Below are positions 50,780 to 63,164 of a stretch of DNA of 64,000 nt, piece after piece; the first letter of the stretch is position 1, and every line of letters starts with the position of its first letter. This DNA is from Octopus bimaculoides. Its lineage: Eukaryota. Below the pieces are notes generated by a model. The model saw nothing but the letters and a program-made list of their open reading frames with translations. It was not told the DNA's origin and did not search any database. A program made the position numbers and the translations under genes. The stretch covers positions 147,804,635 to 147,868,634 of the forward strand of contig NC_068983.1 in NCBI RefSeq assembly GCF_001194135.2, read 5' to 3'.

Positions 50780-53015
50780 CTTCTATTTATAAATGTTCTA
50801 AAATCTTCACAGCCTTGGTTTTTTATCTCATTCACACATGCTGATGACTTACGTTGGACTCCTTATTCGCATAATCACCGAACCTGGAGCTTAACTATAG
50901 TCTATCCATAGCACTTACTCAGCATTACCTGATACCTTTGGGTCTCATTGACACCATTACCTCTTAAAACCTCTACCGCTCTCTCTCAATATATATATAT
51001 ATATATATGTATATAAGAATATTAAATATATGATTTAACTTATAAAAAAAAGTTCAACAAATTCAATCATATTTTTCGTAAATGGAGGAGATTAGATGTT
51101 AATAAGGATTGAAATTATTTTTATTCATGTAGCTATACGATCGTTTCATACATAAAGACAATAAATTCATTTTAAGAATTTGAGTTGTCAAGAAGTATTC
51201 GTCAGTAGCAAAAATTAAGGAATGGAAAATAAAAAGAAAAGTTTAAATGACGTTAGAATTACAGCGGTATGGTGTTTGTAATGTGTAATTGTTCTTAGAG
51301 TCATGTCTATGTAAAACAAGACTATGTTTGCCTCGAAGTTTAACGTGACGTTCGTGAATTTTTACTTGGTAGTTCACACTGAAGAGGCTCAAGGATTAAA
51401 TATCCAAAAGCCGAAATCCGAGTATGTGGATGTCCTAAACTGCATAATATTTTATTTTGTGCTTTTGAATATATTAATTCTTTCCGTTTTCCTCGCCTAC
51501 TGTTTTTCTGTTATCTTGGTGCTGTACGGTGGTTTGATTAATGCTTCAATCTTATTTCTAGCAGATGTATGCTTTTAAGCATCTTTACGCTTCATGCAAA
51601 ATTATATATGTATATATATATATTGTGTGCGTGTATGTGTATGTATGTGTACATATATATTTTACAAGAGAGAAAATGAGATGTAAGAGCATAAAATATA
51701 TGCATATACACTCATTCACACATTACTGCCTAATCTTTAAAACCTAGTACGTAATATAATTAACTGTGTATAAAATGAAATAACTCCTGTAACTCCATGC
51801 TTCCAAAAACACTGAAGAGCTTCGTGAAAAATAAGAGTTGCTCCCCTTGACATACTGCATCATCTCTGTTTACTTTTTTTCAAAGATGGCGTCCTACTGA
51901 CAGCAAAAAGTTTTCTCTATATAAGTTGACAATCGTTGATCGTGAAACCGGTACTTATTTAATTTGCAATAATGTAATGATGTAATATGATCCTAATATC
52001 ACCATAAATTTTATTATACAAACTTTCTGTGATTCTTACATTCCTTTTCTTTCATATATATATATATATACAAAATGGGACAAGAACGCAAAACATCCAG
52101 ACAGTTAGGTGATACAAGAAAGGGACAACAAAACATCCAGATAGACGATACAAAAAAAAAGGACGAGTCATTCGGAGTTTTCNNNNNNNNNNNNNNNNNN
52201 NNNNNNNNNNNNNNNNNNNNNNNNNNNNNNNNNNNNNNNNNNNNNNNNNNNNNNNNNNNNNNNNNNNNNNNNNNNNNNNNNNNNNNNNNNNNNNNNNNNN
52301 NNNNNNNNNNNNNNNNNNNNNNNNNNNNNNNNNNNNNNNNNNNNNNNNNNNNNNNNNNNNNNNNNNNNNNNNNNNNNNNNNNNNNNNNNNNNNNNNNNNN
52401 NNNNNNNNNNNNNNNNNNNNNNNNNNNNNNNNNNNNNNNNNNNNNNNNNNNNNNNNNNNNNNNNNNNNNNNNNNNNNNNNNNNNNNNNNNNNNNNNNNNN
52501 NNNNNNNNNNNNNNNNNNNNNNNNNNNNNNNNNNNNNNNNNNNNNNNNNNNNNNNNNNNNNNNNNNNNNNNNNNNNNNNNNNNNNNNNNNNNNNNNNNNN
52601 NNNNNNNNNNNNNNNNNNNNNNNNNNNNNNNNNNNNNNNNNNNNNNNNNNNNNNNNNNNNNNNNNNNNNNNNNNNNNNNNNNNNNNNNNNNNNNNNNNNN
52701 NNNNNNNNNNNNNNNNNNNNNNNNNNNNNNNNNNNNNNNNNNNNNNNNNNNNNNNNNNNNNNNNNNNNNNNNNNNNNNNNNNNNNNNNNNNNNNNNNNNN
52801 NNNNNNNNNNNNNNNNNNNNNNNNNNNNNNNNNNNNNNNNNNNNNNNNNNNNNNNNNNNNNNNNNNNNNNNNNNNNNNNNNNNNNNNNNNNNNNNNNNNN
52901 NNNNNNNNNNNNNNNNNNNNNNNNNNNNNNNNNNNNNNNNNNNNNNNNNNNNNNNNNNNNNNNNNNNNNNNNNNNNNNNNNNNNNNNNNNNNNNNNNNNN
53001 NNNNNNNNNNNNNNN

Positions 53016-53051
<36 letters not shown>

Positions 53052-53057
53052 CATTTA

Positions 53058-53320
53058 CATTGAGCTGAGTGTTGTGTTCTTGAGCAAGACACTTTATTTC
53101 ACGTTGCTCCAGTTCACTGAGCTGTAGAAATATGTCACTGGCGCCAAGCTGTATTGGCCTTTGCCTTTCCCTTGAATAATATTGGTCGCCCGGTGAGGGG
53201 AGGCTGGTATGCATGGATGATTGCTGGTCTTCCATGAACAACCTTGTCCGAACTTGTGCCTCTGAGGATAACTTTCTAGGTGAAATCCCATGGTCATTTA
53301 TGAACGAAGGGGGTCTTTAC
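53058..53320 (+). mobile_element. SINE family D (CORE-like cttgagcaagacactt); a second 3' piece lies at 57857-58028 on the minus strand
   Basis: Both places share ggcctttgcctttcccttg...aacaaccttg...ttctaggtg..atcccatggtca. Confidence 0.65.
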
Positions 53321-53504
53321 CATTTTGATAGATAGATTATTCTTTTATAAGAATAATGTTGTTGGTGACTTCGAAGTTTTGGCCTCCTTAGCCTTCATCG
53401 ATTTGTGCTCCAAGTAAAAGATAAAAGATAAATACGATACTTTACAAAATGTATTGAGTTATCCTTCTGTTAATTTAAGACTGTTTTCATGGTACCTCAA
53501 AATT

Positions 53505-53695
53505 AGGCGGTGAGCCGGCAGAATTGTTAGCATGCCGGGTAGTAAGCTAGTGGCATTTCACCCGTCTTTACATTCTGAGTTCAAATTCCGCCGTAATCTA
53601 GAAGTTGATAAAGTAAATATCAGTTGAACACCAGTGTCCAAGTATTTGACTATTTTCTACCCACAACATTTCAGGCCTTGTGCCTATGGGAGAAA
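53505..53695 (+). mobile_element. SINE family C
   Basis: ggcggtgagccggcagaattgttagc...ctgagttcaaattccgccg...ggccttgtgcctatggg. Confidence 0.75.
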
Positions 53696-54994
53696 GAATT
53701 ATACTGGTGTGTGTTTGTGTTTGTGGCGTATTTTTATCTGTTTTTGTCTACTAAAATTCACTTATTATCATTGATAGAAGATACTTATACAAAGTTTTAT
53801 GCAAAAGGGCTGAACTTGAAACCGCGTTGCTAGGAAGTAACTTCCTAAAAATACACCCGTGGTGGTGGTGGGGAATGTGTGTATGTGAGAGAAGAAGAAG
53901 AAGAAGAAGAAGAGAGAGAGAGAGAGAGAGCTAAATTGTACGTTCAAAGTTCGTGTGAGAGACAGCCGGTAAAAGTAATTTATGTAAAAACAACGTGGCT
54001 TTGTCATTCATGTCTAAAATAGCATGTTTTGTAAGGGGAAAAAACACGTTTTAAATTAAATTAATTGTAAAATGAAATCACCCTAGGAATAAAATTGCGG
54101 AAAGATGAAACACATACGAGAAAGGAAGTTGCACTTTTTTTTTCTATATCTTTAATAGTTTTCGTAGTTCTGCGATGAAAGTGTCAATTAAACCAATCAA
54201 AATAACGGTAAATTACAAGAGAAGGAAGTCAAAACTTCACAAATTACGTAAAAGTATTGAAATACGTATAGAGATAAATAAATTACTGAACGAGGGCAAC
54301 AGGATACGGACTGTGGCCAGTAAACAAAATGATGTATTACGTAAAAGGTCATACTTCATCCATGTCGTTAGGTCATATCAAGTGTCAGCTTGATTCTATA
54401 AGATGACACATTCTATCCGATGAGATGTCAATACAGAAACATACATTACTGCATTACTTATGTTTACACTAGTCCCTATAAAAAAAAAAAGACAATCGAT
54501 ATAATTGTTGGTTGATTGGTTGGTTGATTGGATAGTTGGTTGATTTCTCCAGTCACGCTTTAAATCCTATAGAAACAACAGGGAGGGTTAGGGAGAGTAA
54601 AACAGAGATACATAAGCAGTTATTATAAAAGATGCGGGATCAGCGCACCCATTGGGCTTGGTGGCAGGCTGTATGTAAAAGAATACCTTCCAGACATACG
54701 CACGCGAACTGTGAGAGAGAAGGCTCCATGAGAAAGGAAGATGAGGAGAGGGCGTAATTGACAGAATAGTTAGGGAAGAGAGAAAAAAATGACGAATTTG
54801 TTTTATTTGATTTAATTTTAAGGTAATAAATATTTTTTCTTTTGAAAATCAGTATACATTTCATCACTGTATAAACCATAAGAAACTTAATGAAAGTTAA
54901 ATTATAATCATAGCATGTATGCTCTATATTTTTATGGCAAAAGTATGCTTCCAATGTTACCGTCATATGATGGCTAACACTCTTGTACATAGTG

Positions 54995-55226
54995 TTAGAT
55001 ATATTGACACAACAATTCTTTCTACACCAGAAACAAGGCCTGAAATGTTGTGGGAGACGGCTAGTCGATTACACTGACCTCAGTGTTCGACTGGTACTTA
55101 TTTTATTGACCCCGAAAGGACGAAAGGTAAAGTCAACTTCGGAGATATTCGAACTCAGAATGCAAATCTAAAGAAATGCCGCTGAGCATTTTGTCCAGCG
55201 TAATAACGATTCTACCTGTATGTCGC
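54995..55226 (-). mobile_element. SINE family C
   Basis: ctggtacttattttattgaccccgaaaggacgaaaggtaaagtcaac...gaactcagaatg. Confidence 0.75.
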
Positions 55227-55602
55227 CTTTATACTAACACATAATAATAGGCATAAGCTTTCCGTATATTGGAATTATTATTTTTACAAAACGTTCTTAG
55301 GTATATATATGTCAACACTAATATCCGAACCACTGGATGATTCGAAAAAAAAAACAAATAAAAACAACATACGTTGGTTGGAAAATAATACAATTACTGG
55401 CCTACAAATTTGTTGTTCCACTCCATCACAATTTCTTTAACGGTTTCCGTTTCTCTAAATGACTGGGCTGCAAACCATTGCTTCTCCTCGTTAAGTCCAG
55501 CATTCTAAACACCCTAATAAACGGAACAAACTTTTCTTATCAGATATGCATCCCTCTAGCCCATATGCCTTTAACATGGTTTTGATATCAAACTTGAATC
55601 TA

Positions 55603-55808
55603 AGGCAACGAGTTGGCAAAATCGTTAGAAGACCAGACAAAATACTTAATGGCATTTTACTCGTCTTTACGTTCTCAGTTCAAATTCCGCCATGGTCGAC
55701 TTTACCTTGTATCCTTTCGAGGTCGCTAAATTGAGTATTGGAGGCGATGTGATCTACTTGATTGATCCCCGAAATTGCTAGCCTTGTGCCAAAATTTCAA
55801 TCCAATAT
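55603..55808 (+). mobile_element. SINE family C
   Basis: gagttggcaaaatcgttag...cagttcaaattccgcc...gccttgtgccaaaatttcaatccaat. Confidence 0.75.
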
Positions 55809-56859
55809 CAAACTTGAACCTCTAAGAGTTACCAATGTTGGAAGGATTGAAAAATGCGCATTTTTTTTTTTTTTTTTTTTTTTGTCGTAGCAAGCTGACA
55901 TCACTCCTGTTGTAAACTTTGTTTTATGTTCAGCTGGATACCGAATGTTTTATGTTCAGCTGGATACCCAATGAACAACTATCATATAAAAGAGACCATC
56001 TCATAATTCTTGAACTACTTCCATTCAACTTGGATAAATTCTTCGGTTATTTATTTCAGCCAACGTATTTCAATACAAAAAAAAATTTTCCAAAATGAAT
56101 TTAGGTGGTACAGCTGTAGCTAACAGAAAACTACCACCAATAGCTTACAATAGCGTTCGATAAAATGCACTCAGTTTATCAGAATTCAGATAAACGTTGT
56201 TAAGGCAATACGAAAGACGTCGTTACACGAGGATTAGAACATCCATTCTAGCAGAACTCCAATCAATATCTTATGCCAAGAAATATTTGCACTCTAGAAG
56301 GTACAAACTGATTGTCTCAGCTGACAGATACAGATTAAAGATACATTGACTTAATTGAAATGTTGGAAGTCTAAAATATATTCAGTTCAACATATTTTTT
56401 ACATGAAGAACCTAGACATCATGCTTTGTAGAGATAAGATACTTTATGGAAAGGTAACTCCTTAAGGAGTGTTTCGAATGATTGATATATATTATATAAT
56501 AGCATTTTGACCCAGCTCCTTGCAACTTAAAGTTTTTTAGGCTCGAAGAACGAACGTAGCTCGCCAAGAGTCTGCAAACTGAGTAAAAGGATGAGACAAA
56601 TTCAAAGTGGTTTCAACTTTGATCAATTGAGGTCATGTGGTTTTATTTGTCTCCAAGCGAGATCTGATCTTTGTTTTTAGGTCCACATGGTCGGACAGGA
56701 TGTCGATAGAGAGTTGTCGCCGCTATGTCTGGAAACTATAGTACGGTTTATTTAGCGACATCAGATCATATTACACTTGCTGGAGCGAGTTGTCGCGGGT
56801 TAGTGAAAAGTAACATTATTGCGACGACAGCCGTGGGAATAACCAGGTTTGGTGGTGGT

Positions 56860-57800
56860 ATTAATTAAGGAAAACTTTCCTAGAACCCATATGTAATATA
56901 AACTTTTCAACTCCAACAACGTCAATTTCAGTTACTCCTGCTTAGATCGCACGCTACAATAGACACCAACACACACCTATGCAACCTCCGAAATGCACCC
57001 TACCGGTAACTTACGAAATCCTAGCAACTGGGAGGATACTGCTTTTCAAGGGCTCTGGTTTATAGAGCCACCCTCATACCACCCGATGAAATTCTAAGAC
57101 AGTACACGGACGTGACAGCCAAAGAAAAAACCACTTCCTTATCCCGTTTTATCAGGAGACGCTCTGACCGCCAGAATGATTTTCCCAACATTGAATTGAG
57201 TATCATTAACAGAGCACCTTCGTACTCAACTGGAACTCGCAGTTGCAACCTCAGCGTCTGCGAGAGCCTGCAACTTACAATATCCAATGACAGGTAAATA
57301 TATGCCCTGTTAATGAACTTCAAGCCACTGGAAGCTGACAAATCAGATACACAACCTTCGGTTCGCCTGCTTCATACTCTGGGGCGCAGTACTTAACTGC
57401 TACTTCTCGTACCGACTACAGCTCTATCCATACTGAAAATCCAATATAGTGACAGACATACCGCTCCGCTACATGTAGCAATAAACGCAACGAACTGATG
57501 TTGCAAAATAAACCATTCTATAGTCTCCAGACATAGCGGCGACGACCACTTATAGCGGCGATAACCAATATCATACCAGAACATGTGGACCTCACAACAA
57601 GCATAAGATCTGATATCGCCCCACATCAGTAACACTACGTGACCCGAGTTGACCAATAGTGGCCTAATATGTAGAAACCTTCTTGGATTTCTCTCATCAT
57701 GTTACTGATCAGCAGATGTCTGACAAGCTAGGTTCGATGTACGCGCTTATGAAACTTTAAGTTACATGGAGCCGAGCCAAACTGTTATTAAATATAATAC
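56860..57800 (+). mobile_element. Penelope-like element (Neptune type), decayed linker/endonuclease fragment with 3' region
   Basis: KENFPRTH..YKLFNSNNVNFSYSC (Neptune linker, cf. KIFNxNxVKISYSC) and TSLSRFI...LSIINRAPSYSTGTRSCNL (endonuclease C-terminal part). A decayed HHR lies at 57716-57767. Confidence 0.7.
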
Positions 57801-58131
57801 ATGTAACATTGTCAATTGTGTTGTGTGTCGCCTTCTTTTGTTTCTTCAATCACTCGTATCCTCCCCCTTCGGTCATGACTGACCATGGGATTGCACCTAG
57901 AAAGTTACCCTCCCAGGCACAAGTCCGGGCAAGGTTGTTTATTGAAGACCAGCAGTTGCTCATGCATACCGGCCTCCCCTCTCCACGTCACTAGTGTTAT
58001 CCAAGGGAAAGGCAAAGGGCGATACAGTTACTCCTGCTTAGATCGCACGCTACAATAGACACCAACACACACCTATGCAACCTCCGAAATGCACCCTACC
58101 GGTAACTTACGAAATCCTAGCAACTGGGAGG
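56929..58131 (+). repeat. Exact 107-bp direct duplication (56929-57035 = 58025-58131)
   Basis: Base-for-base identity; the second copy ends at an N gap. Confidence 0.9.
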
Positions 58132-58526
58132 NNNNNNNNNNNNNNNNNNNNNNNNNNNNNNNNNNNNNNNNNNNNNNNNNNNNNNNNNNNNNNNNNNNNN
58201 NNNNNNNNNNNNNNNNNNNNNNNNNNNNNNNNNNNNNNNNNNNNNNNNNNNNNNNNNNNNNNNNNNNNNNNNNNNNNNNNNNNNNNNNNNNNNNNNNNNN
58301 NNNNNNNNNNNNNNNNNNNNNNNNNNNNNNNNNNNNNNNNNNNNNNNNNNNNNNNNNNNNNNNNNNNNNNNNNNNNNNNNNNNNNNNNNNNNNNNNNNNN
58401 NNNNNNNNNNNNNNNNNNNNNNNNNNNNNNNNNNNNNNNNNNNNNNNNNNNNNNNNNNNNNNNNNNNNNNNNNNNNNNNNNNNNNNNNNNNNNNNNNNNN
58501 NNNNNNNNNNNNNNNNNNNNNNNNNN

Positions 58527-58557
<31 letters not shown>

Positions 58558-60149
58558 TGCCTGTGTGTTTGTGTGTTTATGTGCATGTGTATGCGCGTGT
58601 CTATGCACGTCTCAGTGTTTTCCTGTGTGTATGTGCATATAATTGTAGTTAGCGATTCCGTTAGAAACGGAAAGATCCTGAAAGATGTATGGAGTAGAGG
58701 GTTAATTAATTTATGTAATAAGTGATTCTCACAGGACTTATTCTGCTAGAACACTTATCATTTTGTGTATATGTGTCTGTGTGTGTGTACATGTGTGTGT
58801 GTGTACATGTGTGTGTATGCATTATGTGAGCGTGTGTATGCGCGCGCGTGTGTGCGTGTGTATGCTTCTGTGTCAAATCTCTCTTTCCTATTGCGACACA
58901 TTCACTTCTTATTTATAAATCTTTTTTTATTTTCCAAGCAATCACCAAAATGTATGAGTACTTGGTTGACAAATTATTTGTGTAATATTATCTACTACTG
59001 GAAAAAAAAAACTTATAATTAAGTGGACTCATATTTTTGTTCTTTCATTTTTTTTCAAGAGCAACTATTATAGAGGAGACGCAACTCCGCAAGACAGAAA
59101 CCAACTGCTAAATGGAACTTGCTTACTTCTTTGTCCTTGGTTCAATCACCGTCAAATATTTGATTAGGAAACCGCTGGTCATTGACCGTTATTTTTTGTA
59201 TTAGAATACATTGAAAATTAACGATACTGAACAATAGCAACAATAACATTTATTCTTATCATCATCGTTACGATTTCCATGACGAAATCTTTATTGTGGG
59301 CCTAATGATATTGATGCAGGGCCCAGCCTAAATCATCATATTTTTCCTCTTCTTCATATCAATCAGTGACATGGTCGATGAACTTGTTAGGAATAACAGC
59401 CAAAGCTTCTGCAAATAATACTATTCCTTCTTTAAAAGGAAAAGAAGGTTTGCAACTTATAATTCTTTCTAAGTTTAGCCCAAGTCCAGGATTTTAGGGG
59501 AAGAGAAAAGTAGATTACATCTATCGCAGCCGATGGGGGTTCGTAGATAAAATTAGAGGTAATGCTGCTTCAGAAAAATTTTAGCCGTTGTTTTAATATT
59601 GTGTAAAAGGAAACAAACACATAAAAAGAATATTTATACATAAACTTGATCGATTCGCGTTTTAGCCATTGCCAGGTAGTGTGTTTAATGTGTTCACTGA
59701 ACACCGCCGCGAATTCTCCCTTGTTTTCCAAAAATTCCCCCTAAATCACAAAATAAAGGTGGAAAACCTGCCCTCTTTTTCAAATCCTGGCAGCAACACT
59801 GAAACAGCTGGAAGCAGGATAATAATCTAATTCTATACTTAATCGTATTCAAGAATATAAACACGTTTTCAAACACAACACACACGGAGTCAAAAAGAAA
59901 CACTACCTTTCACTGGCCCTGTGTGAACGACAGTGCTCTCTCTCCCTAGCGTGAAGCTTCCTATGCACACAACAGCCAATCACCGCATCGCTGGAACAAT
60001 GAAGCGCACAGTTCTATACAAAGATTTTTGTATATTTTTTTTTTTCATAAACTAGGGGATAGCTACTGACATTAAAGCTTAAGGATTATATAATGCACAA
60101 GTATAAGGAAAGAATTAAAGAAAGAAGGACTCATTATATTGAATTGTTA

Positions 60150-60420
60150 TCGATAATATCAAGTGGAAACAGTGGGGGGCTGGAGTTCTGCGTGCCTATA
60201 CACGAGCCGCCACTGATCGTAGCACTTGATGTTTACTTTATCGAGCATGGAAAGCGAAATGGGTTTCGGTGGGCTTTGAACACAAATATAATACCGGAAC
60301 AAATGATGTCAAGTTATTTTTTTCTTCCTTGGAGTACTAACGATTTCGCCAGCTTTGTGAAAATACAATGGCATAGATTTGTGACAATAATTCTGCTCAT
60401 TCAGAGTTGACCTGACCGGG
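60150..60420 (+). mobile_element. Possible pogo/Tigger-like DDE transposase remnant
   Basis: PPLIV...W..N...MMSSYFF.W...F..FV and, in another frame, ICDNNSAH resemble the pogo KAWMT...LDNxxAH region. Weak. Confidence 0.3.
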
Positions 60421-61193
60421 AACTAAGCAATAACAGCAACAACATCTATCTGCAACAGACCAAGAGATATGATACCCGGCAACGCAAAGAACGACTTATA
60501 AACAAACGCATGAACAACAACGATAAAATAGCAAAAACAACAACAACAGCAACAACAATTATACAAAACATCTCACTTAACAAGCTGACAATATCTTTAT
60601 ATAAGTTTCCCACCATTACTTACATATCTTAACCTTATTATTCGTGCTACGAAAAGTGTCTAATCTGACAAATCAGCGGAAGAAACAAACTGGATCTACT
60701 CACACAGCATGGTGCCACTATGACCAGAATATATAGTGTAGTTGAGAAAATAATTTTGTTGAGAAGTTTATTCAAGAAGATTTATTTATTTATACATTTA
60801 TTTTATTAAATAGGCAAGCTTTATTTATAAAACGAATGCAGATCAAATGACTTCCGACATTCTATTTACCTATACACAAAGAGAACGGCCAAGTCGTGTT
60901 AACTACGGTGCCTATCAACTGTAGTTCTATTCATGTCTCACACTTGAGCGTTTTCTCGTCTTTACGATGACACGAAAGTTCAATGTTAGAATAAAACTTT
61001 CAAGTTTCCCATGAATGTTTATCAAAGTAGAGGCATTAATCAACCAATGAACATAAAAAAACGTGGACGCTCCCACATACAAAATATACACGTGTACTTG
61101 TACACGAACACATACCCATATACGCATACAGTCATCCATACACACACAAGAACACACACACGTGCATGATCGCACGCACAATACGCGCGCGCA

Positions 61194-61256
<63 letters not shown>

Positions 61257-61625
61257 CCACGTATATACTTGCACCAATGCATGTATGTTGCCGAAGGGGA
61301 GCAAGCCAAAACTTCGACGTCACTGACAAACGTTTCTTTGTAAAAGTTTATTAAATATGAAGCCTGCTAAAATATAGAGTAATTCATCACTTTAACGCAG
61401 AATTGTTTTTCGCATATAACTTGACAGAAAAGCAAACATTAATACAGACACACACTGCATAAGTTACACTGTTGACGTCATGAGGATTTAAAAACTTCCA
61501 AGAGAACATAAAATGATTCAGTTTTGGAATAGTGGATCTCGAAGTACATAAATTCATAAACAATAACATGTAACTTGTTAAGGTTCACACTACAGATTTT
61601 TTATAGAAATTATAGCTAGCACAAT

Positions 61626-62010
61626 GGAGGCGCAATGGCCCAGTGGTTAGGGCAGCGGACTCGCGGTCATAGGATCGCGGTTTCGATTCCCAGACCGGGT
61701 GTTGTGAGTGTTTATTGAGCGAAAACACCTAAAGCTCCACGAGGCTCCGACAGGGGATGGTGGCGAACCCTGCTGTACTCTATCACCACAACTTTCTCTC
61801 ACTCTTACTTCCTGTTTCTGTTGTGCCTGTAATTCAAAGGGTCAGCCTTATCACACTGTGTCACGCTGAATATCCCCGAGAACTACGTTAAGGGCACACA
61901 TGTCTGTGGAGTGCTCAGCCACTTGCATGTTAATTTCACGAGCAGGCTGTTCCGTTGATCGGATCAACTGGAACCCTCGACGTCGTAAGCGACGGAATGC
62001 CAACAACAAC
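61626..62010 (+). mobile_element. Full-length tRNA-derived SINE (family A, CAA tail) with target-site duplication
   Basis: A-box tggcccagtggtt, B-box gtttcgattcc and (caa)n tail. TSD tatagc(t/c)agcaca at 61611-61623 and 62012-62024. Confidence 0.9.
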
Positions 62011-62097
62011 CTATAGCCAGCACAGAATTTTGTTTCGAATTTTCCGATCATAGACGTCAGAGGTAAACAATGACATCGAAGATAAATAATGGGTAAT

Positions 62098-62146
62098 GGG
62101 CGTTTATGACATATTTCAGGAATTTTTTCTTCCTTCATCAGCACCC
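62098..62146 (-). ncRNA. Hammerhead motif, stem I imperfect
   Basis: CUGAUGA-AGGAA(gaaaaaa)UUCCU-GAAA-UAUG-UC. The core and stem II are perfect; stem I pairing (GGGUG/CGCCC) is offset by 5 nt. Confidence 0.55.
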
Positions 62147-62340
62147 ATCCAACCAATCAATCATCCACGAACTCATTGCTTAAATAGCCACTAAATATAG
62201 CGGGGTAATGTTATTGGGTATATCAATTTTATGTATTAAACACATTCCTGTAAGCTGGTACATAAATATTAATGACGGTATTTCGTTATGTAACCATAAT
62301 ATTGAACCATAATGTAGAACATGCAACCATAGTATAGGAC

Positions 62341-62500
62341 AAGGCGGCGAACTGGTAGAACCGTTAACACACCGGGCGAAATGCTTACCGGTATTTCTTC
62401 TGCCGTTACGTTCTCAGTTCAAATTCCACCGCAGTACTTTTCCATTCATACTTTTTGGGTCGATTGGCTAAGGGCCTACACATGTGTAACTATAGCTCCA
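62341..62500 (+). mobile_element. SINE family C
   Basis: aaggcggcgaactggtagaaccgttaac...cagttcaaattccacc. Confidence 0.7.
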
Positions 62501-62667
62501 CTGGACATGAACTTTGCGAGGAAAATTGTGATCTATAAGTGCACAGTTGCAACACTTAACACCGTTAGGTACTATATATATTCAATATATGCGGCAAATC
62601 TCATTTAGAAGAGGAGTGCTGTACGCACGCTTGTACACACACATACATGCGTACACATACACACACT

Positions 62668-62739
<72 letters not shown>

Positions 62740-63164
62740 NNNNNNNNNNNNNNNNNNNNNNNNNNNNNNNNNNNNNNNNNNNNNNNNNNNNNNNNNNNNN
62801 NNNNNNNNNNNNNNNNNNNNNNNNNNNNNNNNNNNNNNNNNNNNNNNNNNNNNNNNNNNNNNNNNNNNNNNNNNNNNNNNNNNNNNNNNNNNNNNNNNNN
62901 NNNNNNNNNNNNNNNNNNNNNNNNNNNNNNNNNNNNNNNNNNNNNNNNNNNNNNNNNNNNNNNNNNNNNNNNNNNNNNNNNNNNNNNNNNNNNNNNNNNN
63001 NNNNNNNNNNNNNNNNNNNNNNNNNNNNNNNNNNNNNNNNNNNNNNNNNNNNNNNNNNNNNNNNNNNNNNNNNNNNNNNNNNNNNNNNNNNNNNNNNNNN
63101 NNNNNNNNNNNNNNNNNNNNNNNNNNNNNNNNNNNNNNNNNNNNNNNNNNNNNNNNNNNNNNNN

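Noticed and set aside
54170-54460. Possible Penelope endonuclease tail (KLRKSIEIR...LLNEG) followed by CCGAUGA...GAAACAUA
   Set aside because: Protein similarity is too short and stem I does not pair; not supportable without a profile search.
61626-61700. tRNA-like sequence (also at about 31205-31280 and the heads of SINE families B and C)
   Set aside because: These are SINE heads that continue into SINE body and tail; no complete cloverleaf acceptor stem, so not tRNA genes.
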